From an uncultured Kofleriaceae bacterium (lineage in GTDB: Bacteria > Myxococcota_A > Polyangia > HGW-17): 64,000 nt of DNA. Position numbers and translations under genes: made by a program. The notes under the pieces were generated by a model. That model ran no database searches. It was given only the letters and a program-made list of their open reading frames with translations, and was not told the DNA's origin. Positions 18,131 through 27,679 of the stretch are shown here, piece by piece. Location of the stretch: the NCBI GenBank assembly GCA_964618145.1, contig CAZTZR010000008.1, positions 1,743 to 65,742 on the forward strand, given 5' to 3'. Numbering within the stretch: position 1 is the first letter of the stretch; each line of letters opens with the position of its first letter.

Positions 18131-19939
18131 ATGGAATCGCAGGGCTTTTTTCGGAGGTGTACAGTGAGGACAATGTTTTTCTTGAGTATTCTGATGGTCT
18201 TTCTGGCCGCCTGCGACAAGGGTACAACACAGGAAAACCCATCGCCCCCCCAGGCGGTTCCGGACAGGGATTCGGAACCCCAAAAGGAACCGGACCCCGC
18301 AGTACAGGAAGATCCGGGTCCCAAATGTGAATTGTATGCAAAGAAATTGGCGCAATGCAAAAAAGAGGTTGCCAGGGAAGAACTGAAGATACGCCCTGAA
18401 ATACTTGTGGAACAGTGCAAAAACACCATTGCATCCAAAGAGTCCGCCGGAGGTCTCCTGAGTCTTTCGGATTTGTTGAAGGAGGGAACCGAGGCAGGAT
18501 CCTGCAGGGGTGCCGTTCATCAGGACTGCAACCAGTTTGTCAGTTGTTTGGTGACCTGGCGCCGCAGTGCCGTATGCAATCCGCAGCGTTCGGTTTTCAT
18601 CCGAATCACACGGCAGGAAATCCAGGTCAATGGGAAAACGGTGGTTTTTGTGGCAGGTGAACGCATTGCAGGTCTGGCAGAAAGCCAGACAGATATTCCC
18701 GCACTCATGGAGGAAATCCGTCGCTTGCGCGGGAACTGGACCCAGGGAAACCTTCGTGAGGTTTGCATCAACTCTGATCCACCCGTGCCCTGGCAGGTGG
18801 TGAGTCTGGTTCTTGAAAGTGCCCGGAAGGCCGGGCTGAACCATCAGGCACTGGTTTCCCAGAGGCTGACCACCGACAAGGTGGGAAACCTGATGGAAAC
18901 TGCTGCACTGCCAGAAGCATGGACACTTTCCGATGACCTTCTGGCCTTTGACATTCCCCTGCAGCCGGAAGGGGTGGGAACTCCGCCTGAGCCCGTGGTG
19001 GTGGAAGTGGATGAGTCGGGTTATCATGTGATGGTGGGCAACCGTTCCCTGTGTCCGGCACAATCGCGGCGCAATCAGCCCTGCATCCCGCTGGCCACGG
19101 TGGAGGGCATCACCATGCACAACCATGTGGCGCTCAGGCAGTTTTTGTACGAGCGTCATGTACGTCCGGCCTGGCAGGCGCAAAAGGTTCGGCCCGGGGA
19201 TCCGATTCCTCCGGTGGGGCAGGTTTTTTTGCAGGTGAAGAATCCCGGCATTCCTTATCATGTAGTCACGGAAACAGTGGATGGCCTCCGCCGGCTTCCC
19301 TCTTCTGCACTGAAGGACTGGCAGATGGATGATGCCCCCTGCCAACTCGGCGGGGACTGGCTCAGGTCAGGGGAAGTCGCCGAAATGCAGGGCAACTGCT
19401 TTTATCCGGTCACCTTCGCTTCTTCCTCCATTCCTGCAGCCGCCGTGGTGGAACGACCTGACCCCGTCCGGCCCGATCCGGGAGCGGTGACCCCCGGCAT
19501 GACGGTGGCAGCCGTTTCCATGGCGCCCGTGGAGCGTCCTCCCCGGGAACCAGCCGTAATGGTGGAACCGGCCATGCAAATCGTTACACCTCCTTCCACG
19601 GGACCGGTGGGTGCTTCGGATCGGGGACTGATTCCGCCGGGTGCTCCCCTGGATGTCCGACGGTTTCTCAACACCAAAAAATGGGCAGTGGTTTCCTGTT
19701 TCCAGCGCGCTGGAGCCAGGGGTTTTGCCAGGGAAGGCTCTGTGGTGGTGAACATGGAAATCCGCAACGGTCAGGCACGTGTCCACAACATGGGGGGTAC
19801 CCTGGCAGCCATTCCTTCTTTCATTCAGTGCACCCGGGATGTTCTGCACCAGCAGAATGTGGGAACCTCCGAGGAAGTGATGCAGTACGCACACCGGTGG
19901 ACGTTCACCCTGCAGTTGCGGGGTCAGGCTTCCGAATAG
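18131..19939 (+). CDS. Lipoprotein with two ExbD/TolR-like periplasmic domains and an AgmX/PglI (TonB-C-like) C-terminal domain
   Basis: Lipobox LAAC-D; VCINSDPPVPWQVVSLVLESARKAG; VFLQVKNPGIPYHVVTETVDGLR; VVSCFQRA..GSVVVNMEI..FIQCT..WTFTL. Domain calls are by eye. Confidence 0.65.
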   Translation: MESQGFFRRCTVRTMFFLSILMVFLAACDKGTTQENPSPPQAVPDRDSEPQKEPDPAVQEDPGPKCELYAKKLAQCKKEVAREELKIRPEILVEQCKNTIASKESAGGLLSLSDLLKEGTEAGSCRGAVHQDCNQFVSCLVTWRRSAVCNPQRSVFIRITRQEIQVNGKTVVFVAGERIAGLAESQTDIPALMEEIRRLRGNWTQGNLREVCINSDPPVPWQVVSLVLESARKAGLNHQALVSQRLTTDKVGNLMETAALPEAWTLSDDLLAFDIPLQPEGVGTPPEPVVVEVDESGYHVMVGNRSLCPAQSRRNQPCIPLATVEGITMHNHVALRQFLYERHVRPAWQAQKVRPGDPIPPVGQVFLQVKNPGIPYHVVTETVDGLRRLPSSALKDWQMDDAPCQLGGDWLRSGEVAEMQGNCFYPVTFASSSIPAAAVVERPDPVRPDPGAVTPGMTVAAVSMAPVERPPREPAVMVEPAMQIVTPPSTGPVGASDRGLIPPGAPLDVRRFLNTKKWAVVSCFQRAGARGFAREGSVVVNMEIRNGQARVHNMGGTLAAIPSFIQCTRDVLHQQNVGTSEEVMQYAHRWTFTLQLRGQASE

Positions 19940-19945
19940 GGGAAT

Positions 19946-20878
19946 CTACCACATCGTGAAATTCAGGCCCAGGTTAACCCGCCATCCGCGCAGGTTTTCG
20001 TAGTCCTGCATGGGAAAACTGTATCCACCGGAGAGGGACACAAAGAAGTTCCGATCCGACCAAAGGTGCACGCCAAAGGTGGGAGTGATATGGAACACAC
20101 CCCCTAGTTTTTCCATGCAGGACTCTTCTTCCGAGGGGGTACAGGATTCACTGACAGGAACCATCCGGCTCGTGTAACTGCCCCCCAGTTCCAGGCCAAA
20201 GAAAGGAATCAGGAACGGACGTCGGGGATTGCGCTCAAAGGAAAGATCCAGCCCGAATGCATAGTAAATCATGTCCGGAACATCCTGTTCCGTGCTGTCC
20301 AGGATGTCGACCTTGAAGTACAGGCGCCCATGGGAGGGTCCACGCTTTTCATTGCGGTGTACCCATGCGAGAAAAACGTAGCTGATGGAAAGACCATTGA
20401 AGATTCCCAATTCACTGTGGCCCGCCGGAATGTATGTGGTGGCGGCAAGTCCCGGAAGGAAAAAACTTTCCCATTCCTCGGTCACCTTGATTTCCATGGT
20501 GCGGGAGGCCGAGGTCAACCCGTCGCTTACGGAGAAGGTGACATTGTGGGTTCCCACATGCCACGAGCGGGGTTTCCAGAGAAAAACCATGGAAATGGGG
20601 TCCAGCGTCGCATTTTCCGGGGCCCCGGTGATTGTCCACTTGTAGGGAGTTCCGGCGGTGGTCAACTGGATCCGCAATTCCTTGCCCGCCTTTTGGTAAT
20701 GACGATCATGCAGGACATACCGGTTGGCTTCCATGACCTGGTGTGCCGTCATGGCAGGCTGGTTTGGAGGTGATGGCTTCGTATGCGGTTCCTGGGGATG
20801 AAAATCGCGTGCCCGTGCCGGGGATCCGGCAAGAATGGTCATCAAAACCCAAATCACCATGAATGGACAGTTTTTCAT
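19946..20878 (-). CDS. Secreted protein with Ig-like (putative Ig) domain and C-terminal outer-membrane beta-barrel
   Basis: Start moved to MKNCPF (GGAGGT SD); GAPENATLDP..FLWKP..GTHNVTFSVSDG; alternating amphipathic strands ending VNLGLNFTMW. Confidence 0.7.
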   Translation of the reverse strand: MKNCPFMVIWVLMTILAGSPARARDFHPQEPHTKPSPPNQPAMTAHQVMEANRYVLHDRHYQKAGKELRIQLTTAGTPYKWTITGAPENATLDPISMVFLWKPRSWHVGTHNVTFSVSDGLTSASRTMEIKVTEEWESFFLPGLAATTYIPAGHSELGIFNGLSISYVFLAWVHRNEKRGPSHGRLYFKVDILDSTEQDVPDMIYYAFGLDLSFERNPRRPFLIPFFGLELGGSYTSRMVPVSESCTPSEEESCMEKLGGVFHITPTFGVHLWSDRNFFVSLSGGYSFPMQDYENLRGWRVNLGLNFTMW

Positions 20879-21097
20879 GAAGGCACCTCCAGGTGATGTG
20901 TTCCTTGGTAGACATGCAGTGTACCGGCAACGCACCGGTGAACACATGAAAGTATAGGCCAAAACGATCTGCGAACAAGGAAAAACCGGATACATGCCGC
21001 AAGATTGTTCAGATTCAGGGGTACCCGAAAGTCTGTTTCGTGATATACAGGACTTTGGGGTGCAAACTTGTAACACTCCATGGAGTCGGAGTTCGTC

Positions 21098-22750
21098 ATG
21101 AAGAAACAAGTTACTTATTTATTGCCATTGGTACTTCTTTCCCTGATTCTGGTTGCCTGTGCCGGAAAATCCACCGACGTTCCCGGCGTCTGCGGTAACG
21201 GTATTGTCGAAAAAGGGGAGGATTGCGAGCCTCCCGGGGTGGGGGCATGCAACAGTGAATGCAAGCGGGACGTTTCCATGTGCGGGGACGGATTCTGTCA
21301 TGTGCCGGAGAATTCCGACAACTGCCCCCAAGACTGCCCGGTGGGCGTATGCGGAAACAACTCCCGGGATGAAGGGGAGGATTGTGATGGTCCGGATCTC
21401 GGTGGCATCGGCTGTGAGATGCTGGGTTTTCCCGGAGGAACCCTGCGCTGTTCCCTGGCCACCTGCGAATTTGATGTCAGCGAATGCATCAATCCGAATT
21501 GTGGAAACTCCTATCTGGATGAAGGGGAGGAATGCGATTCGGCCAATCTCAACGGACAGTCCTGCGAAAACCTCGGGTATGACGGCGGAACCCTCAAGTG
21601 CGACCGCACCTGCCGGTTTGATGACAGTGCCTGTTACCAGTTGAGTTGCGGCAATGGCGTGCGTGACGAGGGTGAGGAGTGCGAGGGATGGGACCTCAAC
21701 AACGCCACTTGTTCTGATTTCGGTTTTGCCGGTGGGGTGTTGAAATGTTCCGAGAGTTGCCGGTATGACAAATCCGATTGCATAGCTTCCCTGTGCGGAA
21801 ACCTCATCATCAATGACGGAGAGCAATGTGACGGTCCCAACCTCGACAACCAGACCTGCATTACCCGTGGGTATTATGCCGGGGTGCTTGCCTGTCACGG
21901 GAACTGCACATTCAATGAAAGCGGTTGCACCAACTGTGGAAACGGTGTTGTCAACACGGGGGAGGCCTGCGATGGCAACGATCTGGGTGGACAGTCCTGT
22001 GTGACCCTGGGGTACGATGGTGGCACCCTGGGCTGCAACGCCAATTGCACGTTCAACGAGAACCTGTGCTACCAGGCGTCCTGCGGAGACGGGGTCCTGG
22101 ATCCCGGGGAACAGTGTGATTCCGGCAACCTCAACGATGCCACCTGCGTGACCCTGGGTTATACGGGCGGAACGCTGTCCTGCAACACCAATTGTACCTA
22201 CAACACCTCCAACTGCACCACTTCTGTGGAAAACTGTGGCAACGGTACCGTGGAGGGGGGCGAGCAGTGCGACGGAACCAACCTGGACGGAAAAACCTGC
22301 CAACTGCTGGGTTTTTCCTGGGGAGGGACCCTGTCCTGCAACAGTTCCTGTCAGTTCAACACCTCCCAGTGCCATTCCTCCTGCTGGCCAGACCGGTTTG
22401 AACCCAACAACGGTTCATCCTCTGCGACCACGGTGGCCATAGGCACCCGTTATGATGATCTGACCATCTGTGTGGGGGATGCGGACTGGTTCAAATTCAC
22501 CCGCGCATCCGGGGTCAATTACCGCATCCAGGTCTTTTTCACCCATGCAAACGGCAATCTGGATCTTGAAATCTACCGTACCGATTACAAGGGCGGCGCC
22601 TATTCCAATGATGACAACGAGACCTTCGACATGCCGGCTTCCTTTGACGGGGGCACCACCGGAACCTATCACTTCCGGGTGTATGGCCGGGGTCATCCCA
22701 ACAATGATGCCAACATCAACCGGTATTCCGTCCAGGTGACCACGTACTGA
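21098..22750 (+). CDS. Lipoprotein with Cys-rich repeats and C-terminal PPC-like domain
   Basis: Start moved to MKKQVT; lipobox LVAC; about eight CGNG..GE.CD..L....C..LG..GG.L.C repeats; DRFEPNN...GDADWFKF...NLDLEIY...GTYHFRVY. Confidence 0.85.
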   Translation: MKKQVTYLLPLVLLSLILVACAGKSTDVPGVCGNGIVEKGEDCEPPGVGACNSECKRDVSMCGDGFCHVPENSDNCPQDCPVGVCGNNSRDEGEDCDGPDLGGIGCEMLGFPGGTLRCSLATCEFDVSECINPNCGNSYLDEGEECDSANLNGQSCENLGYDGGTLKCDRTCRFDDSACYQLSCGNGVRDEGEECEGWDLNNATCSDFGFAGGVLKCSESCRYDKSDCIASLCGNLIINDGEQCDGPNLDNQTCITRGYYAGVLACHGNCTFNESGCTNCGNGVVNTGEACDGNDLGGQSCVTLGYDGGTLGCNANCTFNENLCYQASCGDGVLDPGEQCDSGNLNDATCVTLGYTGGTLSCNTNCTYNTSNCTTSVENCGNGTVEGGEQCDGTNLDGKTCQLLGFSWGGTLSCNSSCQFNTSQCHSSCWPDRFEPNNGSSSATTVAIGTRYDDLTICVGDADWFKFTRASGVNYRIQVFFTHANGNLDLEIYRTDYKGGAYSNDDNETFDMPASFDGGTTGTYHFRVYGRGHPNNDANINRYSVQVTTY

Positions 22751-22784
22751 GCCGTTTTTCCGGTTTTCATTTACTGTAAAGAAA

Positions 22785-23012
22785 CTATCGGGGATCGATT
22801 TCATCCATGCGTTTTTGCAATTGCTCATCCCGGCGTTGCAACTCCGTCTGGACATCCCTGCGGACATTGTGTGGGTCAGGGCGACTGTCCGGTTCCGCCA
22901 CCGCTTCGGAGGCCGGGGGTTCCGGGGTCGGGGGTTCCTTCTTCGTGGCTTTCCTTCCGCAGGAAAAAGCCAGAACCATCATGCAGGAGAAAAGGATCAA
23001 GGCAGTCTTCAT
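22785..23012 (-). CDS. Small lipoprotein
   Basis: MKTALILFSCMMVLAFSC lipoprotein signal, Pro/Glu linker, short coiled C-terminus. Confidence 0.7.
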   Translation of the reverse strand: MKTALILFSCMMVLAFSCGRKATKKEPPTPEPPASEAVAEPDSRPDPHNVRRDVQTELQRRDEQLQKRMDEIDPR

Positions 23013-23130
23013 GGCATAACCTCCGCTGGTTTGTCACGATAGCACAATGCAGATCCGAATACAGCTCCCCATTGTCCAATCCGTTTATTCGATGAATATA
23101 AATGGCGCCTGCAGCTTGCCATGAGACGGG

Positions 23131-25488
23131 TTGCGGGATTACAGTGCGCCGGGGAGGTTACTTGTATTGAACACATTTTGCATAGCTGCCACCAGGGAAT
23201 TTTTGCAAGCGCTGAAGGGGTCGATCTGGTTTTGGGTGGTTCTGGCACTGCACATACTGGTTCCGGTTCTCTTTTTGCAGATGCCCATGTTCGACCTGCT
23301 GGATTACGAATCGTCCCTGGGAATGGCAACGATCCATGGTTTTCTCATGGCTGCCCTGGTGGCCGTGGTGGCACGTCGCTTGCCCCAGGCTGCAGCACCA
23401 CTGTTCTTTCCACAGTTCCTTGTGTTGTCCTGGGTGCTTCTCTTTCCGGGTTTCCTGATGTTGTTTGCGGCGACCCTCAGGGCCTGCCCGGCCGGATGGC
23501 AAGATGGGCTTTTGTTCTGGTTCTTCTATCCGGCGATGACCGGCGTGGTGACCACGGCGTTGATTGCAGGCCTGTGCGGCTTTTTTCATCCGGTGTCCCG
23601 CAAGGGTGTGTTGCTTTGTACCCTTGTCCCGTTCATTTCCCTTGGGGTTTCCCTTGTACGGCTCTATCTCGAACCTCCCGTGTTCATGCATGATCCGTTC
23701 TTCGGCTTCTATTCGGGAGCCTTTTATGATCGCCTCATCGAGATACAGACGCCCTTCGTCTGGGCACGGATCCAGCATCTGGGTACGGGACTGGCCCTTT
23801 TGGCGGCAGCGGCCACATTCCGCGGATTGTTGAACCGAGGGGCCGGGTGGATCCTGACCACCGGGGCCGGCATGGTTGCCATTGTCCTGTACCTGTTTTC
23901 CCCCGCGTTCGGCATCCGTTTTGATGCCGCGTCCATGGAGCGCCGGATGGGGCATCTTCTGGAAACGGAGCATTTCCGGATTGTATATTCCGCTGATTCC
24001 GACCCGGAGTCCATCGCAAGACTGGCTGTGCAGGCACAATGGCATCACCGGGAACTTGTCCGTTTTTTCGGGGAAGCTCCTGCACGTCGTACCACCATCT
24101 ACCATTTTGCGAACGGACGGGAAAAACGCCGGTATTTCGGCACCCTGGACGTGGAGGTTGCCAAGCCATGGCAGAATGCCGTTTTCATCACTGCTGCCGG
24201 ATTTCCACATCCCAGCCTGCGGCATGAACTGGCACATGTATACGCAGGAATCTGGGGAGATCCGGTGTTCCGGATTGCCTGGTCCCGCTACAGGTTCGGA
24301 TTTCTGCCTGTCCGTTTGCCGGATCCCGGAATCATCGAAGGAGTCGCCGTGGCGGCCGACGCGGTGATGCCGGATGAGGATTTGCATGCCCAGGCAGCGC
24401 TTCTTCTGAAAATGGGTGGCTATGTCCCGATGAACGTGCTCTTTTCCCCGCAGTTTTATACGGTTGCTTCCTCCCGTGCCTATGTACAGGCTGGATCCTT
24501 TTTGCGCTATGTGGTGGAGACCCGGGGCATCGGACCGGTACGGGAACTCTATCGTGGAGGAGGACCCCTTCGCCGGGTGTTTCCGGACCTGGATGATCTG
24601 GAATCCGGATACCGGTCCTTTCTGGAAACCGTGACCATCCCCGCCCATGAAGAGGCATTGGCCAGGGAGCGTTTTTCCCGTCCTCCCCTTCATCGGCAGC
24701 GGTGCGTGCATGCGGTTGCCCGCGCCAGGAGAAAGGCTGTGGAACGCACGGTGGCCGGGGATGAATCCTGTGCCGACCGTGCCATCCTGAGCGCTTTGCG
24801 GATGGATCCTGACAGTCTGGAAACCTGGATGATGAAACTGGTACTCGCCCGCAGGTCAAGGGGAAGCCTGGAGGCACACAAAGCGGCTCTTGCCGTGCTG
24901 CGGTTGTCCGGAGATGCCGGTCACCTGCAGATACGGGCGTTGCTTGTAAAGGCGGAAATTGCCTGGCAGGGAGGCGACAACATCCGTGCCATGGAGTACC
25001 TGGACCGGGCTGCAGCCGTGCCGGCTGTTCCGGGAGTGCTCCGGGAGGTCGCCCTGCTGCGCTTCCTCGTGTCATGGGAACCGGTACAGACACGCTTTTT
25101 CCGGGTGCTTTTCACCCATCCGGTTCCCCCCCTCCTGTGGCAGTTGGCCCTGGCAAGACTGCCGCCGCATCCGGTCATGTCCTACCTGGCGGCGTCCTCC
25201 CGGCTGTTAGCGGGTGAGCCCGAAGAGGCAGCAAGGTTGTTTGGTGTCCTGGATTTCGAGCGACTCGATCCTTCATTCCTGTGTGAGGCCCGGTTCAGGC
25301 ATTTCCTGTCGGTGTTGCTGTCGGGACGGCTGGATGAATCCACTGAACGATTGTCCCTGGTGGGGCAATGCCGGAAAGGGCTGTGTTGCAGCGAGCACCA
25401 CACGCCCTACTATGCCGGATTTCTGGAGTTCCTGGAGGATTCCCGGGAGGCACGGATAAAATGGCTGGATATCAGGAAAGCCGAATGA
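23131..25488 (+). CDS. Multi-TM membrane protein with gluzincin-type (peptidase MA-like) domain and C-terminal helical/TPR-like region
   Basis: About 8 hydrophobic segments, then LRHELAHVY (HExxH) followed by IIEGVAVA. Confidence 0.75.
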   Translation: MRDYSAPGRLLVLNTFCIAATREFLQALKGSIWFWVVLALHILVPVLFLQMPMFDLLDYESSLGMATIHGFLMAALVAVVARRLPQAAAPLFFPQFLVLSWVLLFPGFLMLFAATLRACPAGWQDGLLFWFFYPAMTGVVTTALIAGLCGFFHPVSRKGVLLCTLVPFISLGVSLVRLYLEPPVFMHDPFFGFYSGAFYDRLIEIQTPFVWARIQHLGTGLALLAAAATFRGLLNRGAGWILTTGAGMVAIVLYLFSPAFGIRFDAASMERRMGHLLETEHFRIVYSADSDPESIARLAVQAQWHHRELVRFFGEAPARRTTIYHFANGREKRRYFGTLDVEVAKPWQNAVFITAAGFPHPSLRHELAHVYAGIWGDPVFRIAWSRYRFGFLPVRLPDPGIIEGVAVAADAVMPDEDLHAQAALLLKMGGYVPMNVLFSPQFYTVASSRAYVQAGSFLRYVVETRGIGPVRELYRGGGPLRRVFPDLDDLESGYRSFLETVTIPAHEEALARERFSRPPLHRQRCVHAVARARRKAVERTVAGDESCADRAILSALRMDPDSLETWMMKLVLARRSRGSLEAHKAALAVLRLSGDAGHLQIRALLVKAEIAWQGGDNIRAMEYLDRAAAVPAVPGVLREVALLRFLVSWEPVQTRFFRVLFTHPVPPLLWQLALARLPPHPVMSYLAASSRLLAGEPEEAARLFGVLDFERLDPSFLCEARFRHFLSVLLSGRLDESTERLSLVGQCRKGLCCSEHHTPYYAGFLEFLEDSREARIKWLDIRKAE

Positions 25489-25552
25489 CATGGCACCTGA
25501 AAAAGCTGGGTTTTTTTCCAGAATCGGGTAACGTGGGTACCCTGGAGGACAA

Positions 25553-26482
25553 ATGCGACTGAGCCGTATTTCCCGGATGCCCCGTCAGGAATTGCTTTTT
25601 CTGGCGAAACTGGTTTCTCCCAGCGAAGTGTTTCCCTTCGAGAGTTCCTCGAACCGGGATCTGGAGGAAAACATCCTCTCTTCTTTGGGCGCCGGGTTCT
25701 CCTCGGATCCCCTCCTGATGGAGGAACTGGAAACCTTTTTCTTCCACCGCCTTTCCCGGATTCTTTCCTGTGAGCCGGAACCCGGCAACCTTGATGGGTG
25801 GTCAAGGAAGTTGGATCTGGCTTTGGGAGAACGCATCCTGCGGGAAATCCAGCCCCTTCTCTGGGTGTTGCACATCATGGGATGGGCCGACGGCCAGCTG
25901 ACCACCGAGGAACTGGAAGTGTATGATGCGGTGCTTTCCCAGTTGAACGCACTGCGTCCTTTCCGGTCCCGGATCGTGGAGTTTTGTACAAAGCCCATGC
26001 CCCGGGCGACCCTGGAAGCGGATTTGCGACAGATGGCCCATCAGCGGGATCGTGCAGAGCAGATGCTTTCATTCGCCTGGGTGGTGGCCATGGTGGACAG
26101 CGAAACCCATGAGAATGAAATCCAGGCATTTCACGATCTGGCTGAACTTTTGCAGTTTTCCGTGGACGAGCGCCGCGTGGTTGCCGAACAGACACTGGTG
26201 AGACTCAGACAGTTGCGAAAGGCCGAACCCGGTGTGTCCGGTGCCGAAGCCGCCCTTCGGGTGTCCGGAGCCGATTCGTTTGTATCCAGGGTGGCGGGTC
26301 TCTCCTTTCTGCCGGTGCTGAGCCGGGGGCGTTTCGGTCATTCGGAACAATTGCTTGCCGGAGCCAGTGCGTTGCATTCCCTGACCCTCTTTTCCAAGTT
26401 GTGCATCCTGTCGGGGCCGGAATTCAGCCTGCTGGATCGCATTGTCCTGCTCATGGCACTTTTGCTCATTGAAACCGACTGA
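25553..26482 (+). CDS. TerB-like domain protein
   Basis: Two TerB-type motifs: MGWADGQLTTEE and VAMVDSETHENE. Confidence 0.65.
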   Translation: MRLSRISRMPRQELLFLAKLVSPSEVFPFESSSNRDLEENILSSLGAGFSSDPLLMEELETFFFHRLSRILSCEPEPGNLDGWSRKLDLALGERILREIQPLLWVLHIMGWADGQLTTEELEVYDAVLSQLNALRPFRSRIVEFCTKPMPRATLEADLRQMAHQRDRAEQMLSFAWVVAMVDSETHENEIQAFHDLAELLQFSVDERRVVAEQTLVRLRQLRKAEPGVSGAEAALRVSGADSFVSRVAGLSFLPVLSRGRFGHSEQLLAGASALHSLTLFSKLCILSGPEFSLLDRIVLLMALLLIETD

Positions 26483-26496
26483 TATCGCCAGGTTCC

Positions 26497-27597
26497 ATGA
26501 AAGTCCTCATCGCTCCCGATTCATTCAAACACACGATGTCCGCCGAAACGGTCACCCGGATCCTCGCCGAGGAAATCAGAATGCTGGATGATTCCGTGGA
26601 GGTGGATGACTGTCCCCTGGCGGATGGAGGGGAAGGATCCCTGAAATGCTGGGCTTCCGCCACGGGAGCGGACATTCTGGAAATCCAGGCCATGGACTTG
26701 TTCGGACAACCTGTTCTGTGTCCTGTCGGACGCGAACCGGGTACCCGGTCCTTCTTTCTGGAAGTATCCCATACCTGCGGGTTTCATCCCACGTCCGGCG
26801 GTCCCGACCCCTTTCGGGCTTCCAGCGCGGGGCTGGGGATGGTTTTGTCCCGGATCCTGGAATTGGAGCCGGACGCGGACATCACAGTGGCCCTTGGCGG
26901 TTCAGGCACCGTGGACGGAGGATTCGGAGCCTTTCGGTCATTGGGACTGCGATTGGTTCCGGACAGGAACATCCGGTGTGTGGTGGATCTCCCGGAGGAA
27001 CTGGAATTTGTCTGGAAAAACCCGTTTTTGCGTCCCCCCCGGTTTCTCTGCGATGTGAAAAACCCGCTTTTGGGGCCTTTTGGGGCCGCCGCTGTTTTTG
27101 GTCCGCAAAAGGGCGTGCCTGCGGACGGGATCGCCGATTTTGACCGGGGTCTTTCCCGGTTGATCCATGCCGCCTCCCGGACGGCCAACAAACCTTTTGC
27201 TGAACTGCCCGGCATGGGATCGGCCGGAGGAATAGGAGCCCTTTTTGCGGTGCTTGCGCATTCCCCGCTTGTGCCGGGTGCCGCATTCCTGATGGAAGCG
27301 TCCCGGTTTGCCGAACGCATGGCGGCGGCGGATTTGGTCCTGACCGGGGAAGGGTGTTTTGATGCCACATCCATGTCCGGAAAACTCACCGGGGAGATAT
27401 TCCTCCATTGTCGGCAATCTGGCATTCCCCTTCTGATCCTGGCCGGCAGAACACATTCTTTTTCCGGAAATCCGGTTCCCCCCGGGTTTCTGGAAACCCT
27501 TGTGGCAGGAGACGGGCCGGTGCCATCCGGGGAACAATCGGAAGTACTGCTCCGGGAAACCGCACGCAGGGTTCTCCCCGGTTTTTTGCAAAAATGA
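26497..27597 (+). CDS. glxK: Glycerate kinase family
   Basis: MKVLIAPDSFK, PLADGGEG, LGGSGTVDGG, DVKNPLLG..GAAAVFGPQKG, GSAGG, TGEG.FD..S..GK. Confidence 0.88.
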   Translation: MKVLIAPDSFKHTMSAETVTRILAEEIRMLDDSVEVDDCPLADGGEGSLKCWASATGADILEIQAMDLFGQPVLCPVGREPGTRSFFLEVSHTCGFHPTSGGPDPFRASSAGLGMVLSRILELEPDADITVALGGSGTVDGGFGAFRSLGLRLVPDRNIRCVVDLPEELEFVWKNPFLRPPRFLCDVKNPLLGPFGAAAVFGPQKGVPADGIADFDRGLSRLIHAASRTANKPFAELPGMGSAGGIGALFAVLAHSPLVPGAAFLMEASRFAERMAAADLVLTGEGCFDATSMSGKLTGEIFLHCRQSGIPLLILAGRTHSFSGNPVPPGFLETLVAGDGPVPSGEQSEVLLRETARRVLPGFLQK

Positions 27598-27679
27598 ATG
27601 GAAATTCCGGTCGCTTCCGACTATCCTGTATCCCTTCCCAGGATGCCTGAAAACGGCTTTTCCGGAAAGCGGCAGTTTC

